Origin: Callorhinchus milii
Lineage: Eukaryota
Length of the DNA: 64,000 nt
NCBI RefSeq assembly: GCF_018977255.1
Contig: NW_024704743.1
Span: forward strand, 7,938,001 to 8,002,000
Direction: 5' to 3'
The position numbers and the translations under genes were made by a program. The notes beneath the pieces are model-generated. The model saw only the letters and a list, made by a program, of their open reading frames with translations. It did no database searches and was not told the DNA's origin. Positions within the stretch are counted from its first letter, which is position 1; every line of letters starts with the position of its first letter. Positions 24,451 to 38,165 of the stretch are shown here, one piece after another.

Positions 24451-24719
24451 CAAATCTTCATACGTTCTCTCAGAAACAAAGCTCCAGTAATTATAACACG
24501 CTGAGACATACATGCTCTGGTTTTCGCCAAGCTACCAACTTTAACTACAGCATGACATCAGCATCCATATCAAGAAGGATAATGCTAACCATTCCTACTC
24601 AGCTCAAGAACAGCCAAGCTTAGTCACATTGACCAGAGCTGCATTTCCACTGCTTCTTTAATGGAAAAAAATGAAGCATCAATTCTAAAAAACACACACA
24701 GCATTAACCCCCCAAAACA

Positions 24720-25030
24720 TTAACTGCCATGGGATCTTTAACGTCCACCTGAACAGGCAGACAAACATTAACCTCCTGTCTGCCTGTTCAGGTGGACATT
24801 AAAGATCCCATGGCAGTTAAGGGAGTTTCTCCTGGTGCCCTGGCCAACAATCCCCCAAATAAAATTGGTCATTCACTCCATGAATCTTTGTGGGACACTG
24901 CTATTCACAACTGGTTGCTGGGTTTCACCCACAAAATACACAGTCAATTCTCTTTACAATAAATCCAGTGAAGCGCTTTGTGAGACTCTAGACAATGTGA
25001 TAAGACGCTATATCAAATGTAAGGATGCTT
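24720..25030 (+). mobile_element. DeuSINE 3' half carrying a 44-bp fold-back duplication
   Basis: Arms 24720-24763 and 24777-24820 are reverse complements (43/44), followed by a normal SINE tail. Confidence 0.85.
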
Positions 25031-25134
25031 AAAAATGTGCAGTATAAAATGAAAAAGTACAATATACGTGGAAGTAGATAGAGTGAAATTTACCCTTCAG
25101 CCCATTATTGACACCACTTCAAGGAACTGGCTAA

Positions 25135-25370
25135 TTTCATAGAAATTTATAGCATAGGAGGAGGCCTAAATCAGCTCCACAACAGGAACAAACTAATTTA
25201 ATCCCAATTCCCCGCTCTTTCCCCATACCCTTTTGTATTCTTCCCTTTCAAATGTTTATCCAGTTCCCTTTTAAACATTGCTATGGTCTCAGGCTTGAAC
25301 ACCCAAATGCGGCAAAATATTCAATATTTTGATAATCCTCTGTGTGAAAACATTTCATCCCCTATGCCCC
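25135..25370 (-). mobile_element. CR1 3' fragment
   Basis: CATAGAAATTTATAGCATAGGAGGAGGCC...CCCCGCTCTTTCCCCATA, the antisense CR1 3'UTR. Confidence 0.65.
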
Positions 25371-26029
25371 CTCAACATTAAACATTCACTGTGAGTACAA
25401 ATTGCACTCTACTGAAAGCTCTGACACTTTTAATATTGTGATAGAGATGCTTGCATTCACACAATACATGAAAACTAACACCCAATTTTAGTGGCCAAAA
25501 TAGTAAGTTAAACATTGAGCATGAACAACAACACTGGCATTTATTTAGCGCCCTGCACATGGGAACGCCTCAGAGCACTGATGTGACGTGAATTGAGAAG
25601 CATAAAACCTGGCTTCCTGCTTCTCTCAGCAACGTAAACACAGTTTAAGGCTCAGGAAATCTAGGAAGTGGCAAAGTGGCAAGTACTGTATTGGTTAAAT
25701 GTGCCAAGCATTGTATCTATCTCCACCCAGCACCAAACAAACTTTGTTTCAGTGGGTATCCACGGGTATGCACATTTTTTAGGTGAGCAATCATAAACTG
25801 TTAGAGAATTCCATTTGTTCTTAGGAAACAAGAAAATATGCTGATTGAGCTAATTTCTTTCACAAAGCACTCAAAAAGTCCCCTGTTGTGGGCTCCACCC
25901 AACCAAGCACAGTGCCCGTGGGAGGTGACCAGCCACAAGCACAAGGTTTGAGAAGATAAAGTTCTAACAACCCTCCCCCTCCCATCACCGACCTCACCAG
26001 CTTCTACCTCAACCCAATCTACCTCACCA

Positions 26030-28995
26030 GAAGCGCTTGAAGAGATCAAGATCCTAAAGGGTAATGAATAAAGTGAACCTTAATCATGCTTAATGCAGTC
26101 ACAAATTCTACAAAAGGTGAATACAATGTAGAATGGATTGCCCAGGAAGATGGTGGAGGCAGATTGGATCAGCAAATCTAAATGGGAATTTGATAACGAG
26201 ATGGCAAAAAATCAACCGCACGGATGTGTTTTGGGGGAAAGAATTTACACTGGATAATAGAACTCTCAATGGAGTGCAGGAACAGAGGAGAACTGTCTGC
26301 TAAAAATGCTGGTAGAATAGGTGGTTAAGAAGGAAGACTTCCTTGGGGTTTATATACAGAGCTATTGAATGCAAAAGTAAAGAAAGTGATGATGAATCTG
26401 TACAAGATATTTTTGTTGGTCAGCCAGGTGTCTGTAACATGCAGAAACCCATCACCATGCTTAAGAGTAAGACATTACTGCAGCATACATTCACAGGGAT
26501 AACGGAAATGAGAGGATATAGCTGTGTGGAGCAGAGAAGGTTAAGGGATGATTTCACAGAGGTCTTTAACGTAATGAAATGATTTGAGAATTAATTATGA
26601 AAAACTCTTTCCGTTAGTACAGGATTTGAGGACGAGAGGACAAGAGGACATAATCATTCAAGGTTATGATTTAGAGGAGCAAATGGGAGGTTTGTGAGAA
26701 CTTCTTTCCTGGGGGGGTTGTCAGGGTGTGAAATGATTTGCCAGGGTAACTATTAGAGCAGAGTCAATTGAGGCATTTAAAAAAGAACTGGGTAAGTACA
26801 TGCAGGGGAAAAGATATTAGAGAGAATGGGGAAAGAGCAGGGAAATGGCCTTAGGATAAATGTCTCCTGGGAGGAGCAAACACTGACACAAAGAAATGAG
26901 CTGAACAGCAACAAAAACAACAACAACAAAATTTGTATAGCGCCTTTCATGTTGGGAGGACGTCCCAAGGCGCTGGACAGTAAATGTTTCAGACCCAAGC
27001 TGGGGGTCAGGATTGGGGAGGGTGGAGGGAGGGGGGGAAGGCACGGTAGAAGTGGAGGGTCTTGAGATGGGCTTTGAAGGAGGCAAGGGAGGGGATGAGG
27101 TGGAGGGACTGCGGGCTGGAGTTCCAGAGGATGGGGGCAGAGTGGCAGAAGGCCCACCCGCCAATGGTGGGGCGGGTAAGACAGGGAACGTGAAGCAGGC
27201 CGGAGCCCGCTGAGCGGAGGGAGCGGACAGGGTGGTAGGGGGTTAGGAGATCGCAGAGGTAGGGGGGTGCGAGGCCTTGGGCTTTGAGAACCAGGATCTT
27301 GAACTGTATCCTCTGTGTGATGGGAAGCCAGTGGAGTCGGGTGAGGATGGGGGTGTTAGGGTCATGGAGCCTTGTGCGGGAAAGGACACAGGCTGCAGAG
27401 TTCTGGATGATCTACAGCCTATGGAGAGAGGAGTTGGGGAGGCCGACAAGTAAGAAGTTTGCATAGTCAAGCCTGGATGTATTGAAAGCGTGAATGAGGG
27501 TTTCGGCGTCGCGCGGTGTGAGACAGTGCCGGAGCCGGGCGATTTTGCAGAGTGGGGGATGGCAGAGCGGGTCACGGCGTAGATGTGGGGTAGAAAGGTA
27601 GTTGAGGGTCAAAGAATACGCCAAGGTTCTGGACTGGCTTAGTAAGGTAGAGTATGCATCCGTGGATGGTGATGCTGTCAGCGACTGAGTTGTGGAGGCG
27701 CTGAAGGGAGCCAATCGGGCAGGGCTCGGTTTTGTTGACGTTCAACTGAAGAAAGTTAGCTCTCATCCAGGAACTTGATGTCTGACAGACATTTTGCCAG
27801 GACAGCAGTGTTTCTGGAGTCAAAGGTGGAGGCAGAGAGGTACAGTTGGGTGTCATACACATAATGTGGAAGTTGACCCCATGTCTGCAGATGATTTCAC
27901 CAAGAGGGAGCATACAGTTATTGAATAGGAGGGGACCGAGTACAGAGCCTGAGGAACGCCGCACAAGGTGGTGCAGGGGCTAGAGGAGAAACCATTTGTG
28001 GAGATGAAGTGGAGGCAGTGTGAGAAGTACGATCTGAACCGGTCAAGGGCAGAACTATGAAGGCTGAGGTGAGAAAAGAGGTGGTGGATGAGGATAGAGT
28101 GGTCAACAGTGTCGAAGGCAGCAGAAAGGTCAAGGAGGATGAGAGGCCAGAGAGAGCCCTGGTCGCAGATGGACAGACTGTCATTTGTCACTTTGACCAG
28201 GGCTTCTTCGGTGCTGTGGGCGGCATGGAAACCTGATTGGAGGGGTTCGTGAAGGGAGTGGCGGGAGAGGAAGAAGCGAAGCAATGACTCAATCCAGGAC
28301 CTTGGAGAGGAAAGGGAGGTTGCAGATGGCGCGGTAGATTGAGAGCAGGAATGGGTCCAGGGAGGGTTTTTGAAAGATAGGAATGATGACGGCTGTTTTT
28401 AAAGGGGTGGGAACTGTACCATTGGACAGGGAGAGCTTTATGATGTCAGTGAGTAGGGGGGGCAAGGAGGTGGAGCTGGGAGGTAAGGAGAGGGGTAGGG
28501 ATGGGGTCAAGGGTGCAGGAGGTTGGTTTCATATGGATTATAGTGGTGGTAAGAGATGAGTGGAAGACAGGATCGAAGGTGCGGAGGAAGGGATGGGTGG
28601 GCGCCAGGGTGTGAGGGTAAGATGGGGAGGGGGTAACAGACAGAAGGGTAGAGGCAGCTGAGCGGATCCCCTCATCTTTGGATTCGAGCAAGTCCAGCAT
28701 CGCCTCGCAGTTGACATTGGTGGTGAGGATGGGCGAGGCATGAGAGGGTGGGTGGAGGAGCCGGTTGGTGATGGAGAAGAGGAGCCTGTGGTTGTACTTG
28801 GCCTCCGAGATTGTCTTGAAGTAGAACGATGATTTAGCGTAGGCGAGGGCGGAGCGGTAAGACTTGATATGGTGCAGCCAGATCTGCCAATGGACCGTTA
28901 AGTTCGATTTAAGCCAGGTACGTGCAGAGGCACGCACCTGTGCTTTAAGGGAGCGAATAGCCTCCTACTATGTTGTAAATTTCTATGATTCTACG
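26030..28995 (+). mobile_element. Old CR1 (26030-26908, resuming 28955-28995) interrupted by family X and by an L2
   Basis: GFIYRAIECKSKE and EQRRLRDDFTEVFNVMK CR1 motifs. The terminus TTTCTATGATTCTA lies after the L2. Confidence 0.75.
26909..28954 (-). mobile_element. ~2-kb L2 LINE (linker + full RT + 3' tail), decayed
   Basis: [60 protein letters not shown] and [12 protein letters not shown] motifs. (CAA)n tail at ~26910-26930. Confidence 0.95.
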
Positions 28996-29246
28996 GGAAT
29001 GAGACAGTAGTGTAGGAATATTTACTTTTACTGTAAACAAAGAACTTTAAGTGGCAACAAAGAATGTCTTCCATCTCCAAATGTCCTGTCTTGTAGAGCA
29101 AGTTGAAACTGTGTTTATGAAAACAACGTTCAAGTCTTGCTGGGTTCAGGTCTCAAGTCTTCACGGACAGCGAAATATCTCACCATCACTGTATCAAATT
29201 GTTCAAATGGAAGCAAATTAACACGATTGGCATCTCTCCTGCATTT

Positions 29247-29632
29247 GGAGTCCTGTAGGATATTGGTTAGAGCACTCGCCTCACAAGCGAGAGGACCCGG
29301 GTTTGATTCGCAGGCGGGGCGAAACCTTAGGCAAGTTTCCTTACTCCACACGCCTCTGTATACCTGGCAAGAAGGAACCCAGGTGTTAGTTGATTGGTGG
29401 ATCTCTTACCAGGGGTAATAAACCCTTCAAAAAAATATAAATCAACATATAAATAATTTTGTCACTCAATCCATGACTGTTCGTGCGACACTGCTGGGCA
29501 GGGGTGGGGGGGAGCCATGTTTTGCCCACAAAATATAGTCAATTCACCTTACAGTATATCCTGTGAAGCACTTTGACATGACTCAACAATGGGCAAAGGT
29601 GCTATATCAAATGCAAGGATTATTATTATATT
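29247..29632 (+). mobile_element. tRNA-derived SINE, long form, full length
   Basis: tRNA head, central domain, and shared tail ending GCAAGGATTATTATT. Confidence 0.85.
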
Positions 29633-30884
29633 ACCAAGAAAGACATTTAAAAAAATTCAGCCCAGTGTGTTAGGAATGTACTGCGTTAGTGAGCTAGTTC
29701 TGGTTGAGCAAATGTTGTGAACCTCACCTACTTTTGCGGTGGCTAGCAGCAGCCTCAATCCACGCAGCTCCCCGACAACACCTCAATCTGCCCTCTGAGG
29801 GTTAAAACAAGCTGCCCAATCACAAGCCATTTCAAAAAGTTTCTAACTTACACCTTGAATAAGTGTTAAAAGGTCCGATGACTCACATGATTCACCCAGT
29901 AAAATATTTTCCAGAAAAGGGCTAAATCAGTCAGTGAATTTATCAAAAATAAATGCTGCGTTCAGTCACCCAAAAACCATTACCAGCCACAGGAATGGGC
30001 AGGATAGTCCACAAGGTTAGCAAAGTGCCAACGAATGCTGTTAATGCAGCACCCACCAAAAAGGCACCAAAAATACCATAAACAAGTGAGATTGCATCAA
30101 ATATCTCCACCTCAAAAAAAAGATCTAGGGTTAGTTTGAGTGGAACTATGCATTTTGAGATTGCTGCCCCATGTGAAGGGGACTATATAATTCAAGGTTG
30201 TTGTTGTTGAGAGCGGAAAGTATTTCTCAGTGAAGAGACAGCATCTTCTGAAATTCATAGGGCGGATGTTATATAAAATAGAACATAGATACGGACACAA
30301 ATAAACCTGCACAAAAGTGGTTCAAAAAACAAATGTATTGTTAAAACTGCTCAGTAACTTTCGCTTGCAATTACCTGGGGAAGGAAGCGAAAGGGTGCAA
30401 TTCCAATTGCAGAATTTAGAGAACAGGATAACCACAGCAGTGCAGCTCAGCTCATTGGCGTGTCACTTGAGCCCTCACGTGAACCACAATCACAAGCTAC
30501 GTATTTGCTCAACAAGCTGCAAATTAGTTTAGAATAAACTTGCAGTAATGTCACTATGCATTAGTGACCTGAAATGTACATCATCTGCACTGACAACCAT
30601 CGTGAGCACAAAAACAGACCCTAAGCCCCACAAAAGGACCACTGGATCACAAAAAATAGAGAGAAAAAGGAAGATAAAAGGGACTGGAAGGATTGCTCTT
30701 TAAGAGCCAGCCTCGACATGACAGGCCAAATGCCACCTTCTGTGCTGTAAATTTCTATGGATCTAGGAGTGTGATTTTTTTNACTTCCTCCAGCTCAGGG
30801 CAGAGAAGTCAATTTTTTTNACACAATCTGGATAATAATCCTTGCATTTGATATGCAAGGACTATATTATTATTATTATTAATG

Positions 30885-31705
30885 CTTCCTAGAACTCAAT
30901 GTTGATAAGACGGAAGCCATGCTCATTGGCTCCCGTCAACGTTTTCTATCCTGCAGCTCTGATCTCCTCAACCTCCCCGGCCTCTCCCTCAGACTTACCG
31001 AACCGGTGCATAACCTAGGCCACAGGTTCAACCCACAGTTGTCCTTCCTTCCCCACATCCAGTCCCTGACCAGGACCACCTTCCTCCACCTCCGCCACAT
31101 TGCCAGCCTCCAACCGTCCCTTACCCCAGACGCAGCTGAAATGTTCGTCCCATCACCTCCAGACTTGACTTCTCAAATGCCCTCTTTGCCGGTCTCTCCA
31201 GCTCCACCATACACAGGATCCAGCTGATCCAAAACTCCGCTGCCCACATACTCACCCATACTAAACTCATACACCCATCACACCAGTTCTAGTCAGGCTC
31301 CACTGGCTCCCTATCACCAACCAGATCAATTTCAAGATCCTCATACATGTTTTCAAATCCCTCCTTGCCCTGGCACCTCCCTACCTCTCTGACCTGCTTA
31401 ACCCCCAACCCACAACTCGCTGCCTCGGCTCGACTGGCTCCGGCCTTCTGCATGTCCCTCGTGCCCTCCATTCCACCGTTGTTGGCCATGCTTTCAGTCA
31501 CTGTGCCCCGAAACTCTGGAATACTCTTCCTGCATCCCTCCGTTTGCCCCTCCCTTCCTTCCCTATCTTCAGGTCATGCCTGAAGACCTTCTTATTCGAC
31601 CATGCTATGGTCACCCCCCCAGCTCGGTGTCGAGCTCTATCCCTGTAAAGCACTCTGGGACGCTAACCTGAGGGGGCGCTGTGTAAATGCAAGTTGTTGT
31701 TGTTG
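30885..31705 (+). mobile_element. L2 ORF2 C-terminus + tail
   Basis: LIGSRQR...VHNLG.RFNPQLSFLPHI and a (GTT)n tail. Confidence 0.9.
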
Positions 31706-31954
31706 ACATATAGCAGTCAATCACGTTGACAAAATGTCTCAAAGTGCTTCAAAGGATTTTTTTTATATATGGTGAAGTGTAGTGACTGGTATTTTGTGCC
31801 ATAGTGGGCTCTCTTCTACTATGTTAACTCCAGTTACAAATATTGCCAATGGCCACCCCACTTACTAAAAGTGACTTTCTGACACTATGAATATAAATTG
31901 ATGTTGTTTTAGTTCTGGAGTCGAATTGGTTTATATGTAAAGTCCATGGTGCCA

Positions 31955-34235
31955 AGTGCCACCATAGCTCACTGGTAGTACTCTCATGTCTGAGTCAGAA
32001 AGCTATGGATTGGATTCAAGCCCCACATTGAGTCTTTGAACTCATATGGTCTAGTTCACACTCTCTCCCATGCAGTGCTGAGGTGTGCTGCACACCTGGA
32101 ATCTTTCGGATAAGACTTTATACCGAGGTCCGGCCCGTCTGTTCAGGTTGACGTTAATACCACACACAATCTGAAAAGAGTTCCTCCAACAATACTCCAG
32201 ATAAAAATGCTCACTCATTTCATGGATGTTTGCGGGACATTGCTGTATGTAAATTGGTTGCTGGATTCCACCTGCAAATTACACAGTAAATCCCGTGAAG
32301 CACTTTGAGATATCTTTGAGACAGAAGATAATTAAATAGAATATAGAAAGTACAGAGGAGAACTGAAAAAGGAAATAAGAGGGGCAAAGAGATTGTATGA
32401 GGAAAGACTAGAAGGGTAACATATAAGGGAACCCTAAGGTATTTTATAAGTATATAAAGAATAAAAGGTTAGTCAAAGGTAGGGTGAGCCCAATTAAGGG
32501 CTAAAGAGGAAATCTTCTTGTGGAGGCAGAGGGCATGGCTGACGGACTGAATGAGTACTTTGCATCTGTCTTCACAAAAGAAGAGGATGCAGCCAATGCC
32601 AGTGTCGGAGGAGAGGATAGAGAAATTGGATAAGATAAGAATAAACCGAGAGGAGGTACTAAAAAGGTTGACGATGCTCAATAAGTCACCCAGTCCAGAC
32701 GGGATGCATCCTAGGTTCCTGAGGGAAATAAGGGTGGAAGTAACGGAGGCTCTGACCACAATCTTTCAATCCTCCTTGGACACCAGGACGGTACCAGAAG
32801 ACTGGAGGGTTACAAATGTTATTCCCCTGTAAAAAAGGGGCAGAAGGATAAACCCGGGAACTACAGACCAGTCAGCCTAACGTCAGTGGTGGGGAAATTT
32901 CTAGAGGCTATAATCCCGGACAAAATTAATTTTCATTTAGAAAAATATGGGTTTAATAAAGGACAGTCGACATGGATTTGTTAAAGGCAAATCATATCTA
33001 ACAAACCTGAGTCTTTTGATGAAGTAATAGAGAGGGTGGGTGAAGGTAGTGCAGTTGATGTAGTTTATATGGATTTTCAAAAGGCATTTGATAAAGTGTC
33101 ACGTAAGAGACTTGTAAGCAAAATGGAAGCCCACAGTATTAAAGGGACAGTGGCAGCATAGATACAGAACTGTCCAGGAGACAGAAAGCAGAGAGTGGTG
33201 GTGAATGGTTGTTTTTCTGACTGGAGAGAAGTGTGCAGTGGTGTCCCCCAGGGGTCGGTATTGGGACCATTGCTATTTTGGATCTATATAAATGACCTGG
33301 ATTTGGGTATAGAGAGTACAATTTCCAAGTTTGCAGATGATACTATACTGCGAAAAGTACTAACCAGTGAGGAGGATAGTATCAGACTGCAAATGGACAT
33401 AGACAGACTGGTAAAGTGGGCAGACACGCGGCAGATGAAGTTTAATGTGGAGAAATGCAAAGTGATGCATTTTGGGAGGAAGAATGAGGAGAGGCCATAT
33501 ACGCTGATGGTAGAATCTTAAAGGGGTGAAGGCACAGAGAGACCTGAGGGTTCATATAAGTAAATCTTTGAAGGTGGCAGGACAGGCAGATAAAGCTGTT
33601 AAAATGGCATACGGGATACTAGACTTTATAAATAGGGGCATAGAATACAGAAGTTAGGAAGTTATGATGAACCTTTATAAAACACTGGAGACTGTGTTCA
33701 GTTCTGGGCCCCACACTTTAGGAAGGATGTCAAGGCATTGGAGAGAGTGCAAAGCAGATTTACCAGGATGGTACCAGGAATGGGGGACTTCAGTTATCAG
33801 GAGAGGCGAGAGAAGCTGGGATTATTCTCCTTGGAGCAGAGAAGGTTAAGAGGAGACTTAGTAGAAGTTTTCAAAATTATGAGGGAATTGAATAGGGTGA
33901 ACAAGGAGAAACTATTTCCACTGGCGGGGGTCGGTAACCCGAGGAAACCGATTTAAAATAGTTGTTAAAAGAAACAGAGGGGAGGTGAGGAGAAATTTTT
34001 TCAGATCTGGACTGCATTACCTGAAAGAATGGTGGAAGCCGATTCAACAACAACCTTTAAGAGAGAAGTAGATAATTATTTGGGGAGGACGTTTGCAGGG
34101 CTTTGGGGAGAGAGCGGGGGAGTCGGATTGAATTGGATAGCTCTTTTCAAAGAGCCGGCATAGACACGTGCTGTATAATTCTATGATCTTCCTGACATGA
34201 AAGGCGTTGTACCAAACGCTAGAATTAATACTATT
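31955..34235 (+). mobile_element. DeuSINE (31955-32316, resuming 34186-34235) split by a CR1
   Basis: Head and Deu core lie upstream. The tail stem-loop GAAGCACTTTGAGATATCTT resumes as ATCTTCCTGACATGAAAGGCG after the CR1. Confidence 0.7.
32317..34190 (+). mobile_element. ~1.9-kb CR1 LINE (RT + 3'UTR)
   Basis: [52 protein letters not shown] and LFSLEQRRLRGDL motifs. Ends ATTCTATG with an ATCTT TSD. Confidence 0.95.
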
Positions 34236-35689
34236 ATGGCAGTAGTGGAGGCAGGTCAGTGGTGAACATAAACTCGATTGAACAATTAAGAACAAATGAC
34301 CATTATGCCACTTTTGCCTTGTGAATTCACAGGTTACAGTACAGGGTTGGATGTGCTAAACTCCAGTTCAATGGTTAAAGACAGGAAGCCCAGTTCAACA
34401 TTTAGCAGGCAGCTCGTGTACATGACAAGGCAACAGCTGCACTAGACAGACCTTTTCCTTCCTTGCTGTGTACCTTTCAGAGACTGCAGCAATCATTTAT
34501 CTGAGACAGGTAAGATAAAGGCTTTCTTCTCCACATCACAGTCATCACACAGTACAACTGGAAACATATCTCTGAATGTTTAGGCAGCATTTCATATTCT
34601 CAGTCAGCACCAAACTCAATACGAATGTATTTAACCTATGCAGGCACTGCGAGATAAAAGCTTATCTGTCTTTGGGGCCTGATGGTCAGACATGATGGAC
34701 AAGATGTCAGGGAAGTGAGGGGATCTCACGCCTGGAGAGAGTATGAGTGACTGTAAAGAGATGTGAAATAAGGCAGGTCCACATAATCAGATTTCAGTTT
34801 CACCCTCACAGGGAAATAAACCTTCAACACTGCCCGGGATTGGACATATTGCCGTCCTACACACCACAGTAAACATACCACCCAGATAGCCTGGTTTTAA
34901 TTACTCACGTATATATACACACAGCACAACAAATATAACACCTCCACTGACAGCCTGTATGTAAATATTGTTTATTCTCAATGGACACACACAAAGCGTT
35001 TCAATCGAATGAGTTAACATTTCTACTGAACCAATAAGGCTGCCTAACACTACATCATGTCCCAAAACGGAATGAAACAAAACAATATAGTTTTTAAAAG
35101 CAAGAAAGTGTATTTGAAAACAAATAACTTGAAATTAAAATTCCTGCATTGGTGCACACACCACAAAACTGTGGCCTATTTTTCCCATCCACATTCTCCA
35201 GCTTATGACTCGCTTCTGATAAAAAGCCAAGGGTCCATCAGTGATATGAGGTCTACCTGAATCTGTGGCAAGGGAAGCAAACCGGGGGTTTTCAGAGGAT
35301 CTGATATTTTGTTAATACAGGAGGGGATTTCCTGCCTGGAATCCACAGGACTGCTCCTTCACACAAATACATTTCATTGGCGTCAAAGAACGATCAGCGC
35401 AGTAAAAAAAATTCCTTGCATTTTATACAGCGTCTTATCACGTCGTTGAGACAGCTCAACGTACTTCACAGCAAATACTGCATAGTGGATTGACTGTGTA
35501 TTTTGTGAGAGGAACACAACAGCCAATTGCGCACAGTAAATGGTGAAGCATGGCAGAGGTGATAGAAAAAGAAATAAATGAGTGCTGAGATCCAAAACAG
35601 TGTTCACAACAAAGCATACAACCTGCTTCTGTTGGCTGACTCCAAAGAATCAGGACCACATGTGTTCTCACTTCGAAACTCAGGAGGCT

Positions 35690-35885
35690 CATTTCTTGAA
35701 GGGTTGTACCTGGAGTGCCCAAACCTTGGCTCTTGCCAGCCTGCGCCTGATACTCTCCTTAATTAGGTAAGCAGGATACATCCCTTCAAGGAGAGGGCAT
35801 TGTTTCCTAAACACGAGAATTTCCATGTGTAGGTTGGATGGATGGGTCTCTCTCGGTTTGGTTTGGATACTCTTAAGCACGGTCT
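35690..35885 (+). mobile_element. Family X 3' fragment
   Basis: CCTTGGCTCTTGCCAGCCTG...TTGGTTTGGATACTCTTAAGCACGG. Confidence 0.7.
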
Positions 35886-37381
35886 CCCGCCCGACCCGCC
35901 ATACCATCGGTGGCTGGGATTTCAGCCTCTCTGCCCCACACTCTAGAACTTCATCCCACGGTCCCTTCGCCTCGCTTAAGGTTTGATATTTTTATGGTGC
36001 TCTGCAGAATGAAGTGTTGGAAGGAAAAATGTTGGCAATTGTTGTATGATTGTCACAGATCGTGTATTTTTATTATCTAAAAATGAATTTAATAATTGCC
36101 CGCTGGGATTCTAGTTGTATCGTGTTTCTGTAGGACCAAATTTTGAGTGAAGTTAGCTATCTTCAATTAAACATTCTGCTGGGATGTTTTGTGATATCTG
36201 ACCTCTGTGCTTTTCCACATGGATTCCACCCCCCTCCCCCCACCCCCCTAAGCGACTCCATGAAATAGGATAATCAACTCATGTCCATATTATGCAGGTT
36301 AGTTTTTTTTATAGATAATTACATTTAGAATGTTAATTTTTTGACAAGGGACACGTGTAAAGAAAGGTAAACCTAACGCTGGCAGAGCTGAGACTTCCAA
36401 TTGCAATATTGCTGAATTGCATTCCTACAGCGGCCCTGGAGTGTGAGAGGAATGTTAGTTTTCTCGTGGGTAGGCAATTAACACATGCACCACTCCAAAA
36501 AAGGGCAAAGCACTGAACCAGGTGGCTATTCTGTACAATCCAGTAGCACAGACAAGCGCTGATGTCCAGCTCAACCAGAAGGTTTTGTCAGGAAGTCAAG
36601 GCAAAAAAACAATAATAATTTGGTCACTCAATCCACGACTGTTTGTGGGACACTGCTGTGTGCAATTGGCTGACGCTTTTCACCCACAAATATAGAGTCA
36701 ATTCACTTTACAGTATATTCTGTGAAGCGCTTTGAGATGTCTAGAAGATGTGAAAAGTGCTATATCAAATGCGAGTATTATTATTATTATTATGTTTACT
36801 GGAGCATATGTTCAGACTGCAAACATCCACTTTTCCTCACCCGAGTCTCCTACACGACTCTCCCACACATAAAGTCAGCAGGATTGAGATGGAGCCGTGG
36901 TTTTTTTCCTAACTGAGAACAATTTCTGGGAAAGAAGGAATCTGTGTGAAGTGTTATTATAGATTAGGTCTCCTGGGCATCAAAAATGAAACGTCATAAA
37001 CGTTTAATTTTACACTGAAACATTACTTGCTTCAGCTCAAGTGTTGGTTATTTTTCACCTCTGGTGATAACAGTGGTTAGCTCACCAAAGCTAAAAGTAA
37101 TTCTTTAGTAATGCTGCCCAGACACATTTCTGGAACAAGCCTGGATCAGGTTTGGACTGCAGAACTGTCTACTGTATAATTTAGCACACTGCTCAGCAAA
37201 ACCTAGCATTTAATGCCAAGGTATGTACGTGGAAACTTCATACAATGTTCCAACGCTGCAGAAATCTGTTTTTTTTAAAGAAAGTGCACATCTTCTTCAG
37301 ACAACATAAGAATAGCGAGCAGATCCAATTACACCCCCGCCCCCCCCCCCAACACAGGACAGGGTAACCCTCACCCCTCCT

Positions 37382-37406
37382 ACACACACACACACACACA
37401 CACACA
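37382..37406. repeat. (CA)n microsatellite
   Basis: Read directly from the sequence. Confidence 0.9.
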
Positions 37407-37981
37407 GCGTCAGCTACAGCACTGGGGTCACAACCAACACAACATGCTTTAAATCTCGGAGGCAGGCAGTACTGCTGTACAAGTATATGACAAAAGACCC
37501 ACTGCATCAACGTATGTTCCTGCAAAACCGCAAAGTGAATGGCAAAGGCATTGGTATGTAAACCGGTGTAAGATTTCGATACACATTTACATTAAAACAT
37601 GAAAACATTTGGGTTGAACGCTGCCAGTGATGTCCTCATAGGAAGTCTGTGTGTGTATGTGTGTGGGGGGGGAACAAATCTTCCTGGCTGATTTCTAATT
37701 ACCACACAGGATTGGCAGAGGTTCGGCTGCAGGAAACAATATTGCGTCAAACAGCTCAGTGCCCTGCACCTACAGTGTATGTAAATGTGAGAGCCTATGG
37801 AAATTCAGGATCCAACATATGAAATGGTTTTAAAGACTTGTTGGGTTCCCTTATATTTGAAAGCTTGTGCATGAGTCAATAATAATCATTAGTTTTCCTT
37901 TGATCTTGACTTCAGTTTCGCCCACAAAATACACGGTCACTCCACTTAGCAATATACTCTGTGGAGGGCTTAAAGACATCT

Positions 37982-38165
37982 CAACAACAACAACAACAAC
38001 AACAAAATGACATTTGTATAGCACCTTTCACATAAGGAGGAGGTTCTAAGGCGCTGGACAATCAGAGTTTCGGACCCGAGCTGGGGGTCAGGACTGGGGA
38101 GGGTAGAGGGCAGGGGGAGAAGCAGGGTGATCGAAAGCATGGTCGAAGAGGAGGGTCTTGAGATA
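37982..38165 (-). mobile_element. L2 3' end nested in a plus-strand SINE tail (37915-38200)
   Basis: (CAA)n tail and L2 3'UTR. The SINE tail resumes as GATAAGGCGCTATATTAAATGCAAGG. Confidence 0.75.

Noticed and set aside
30770..30825. Odd T-run segment containing two N bases
   Set aside because: This is a likely base-calling or assembly ambiguity and is not interpretable.
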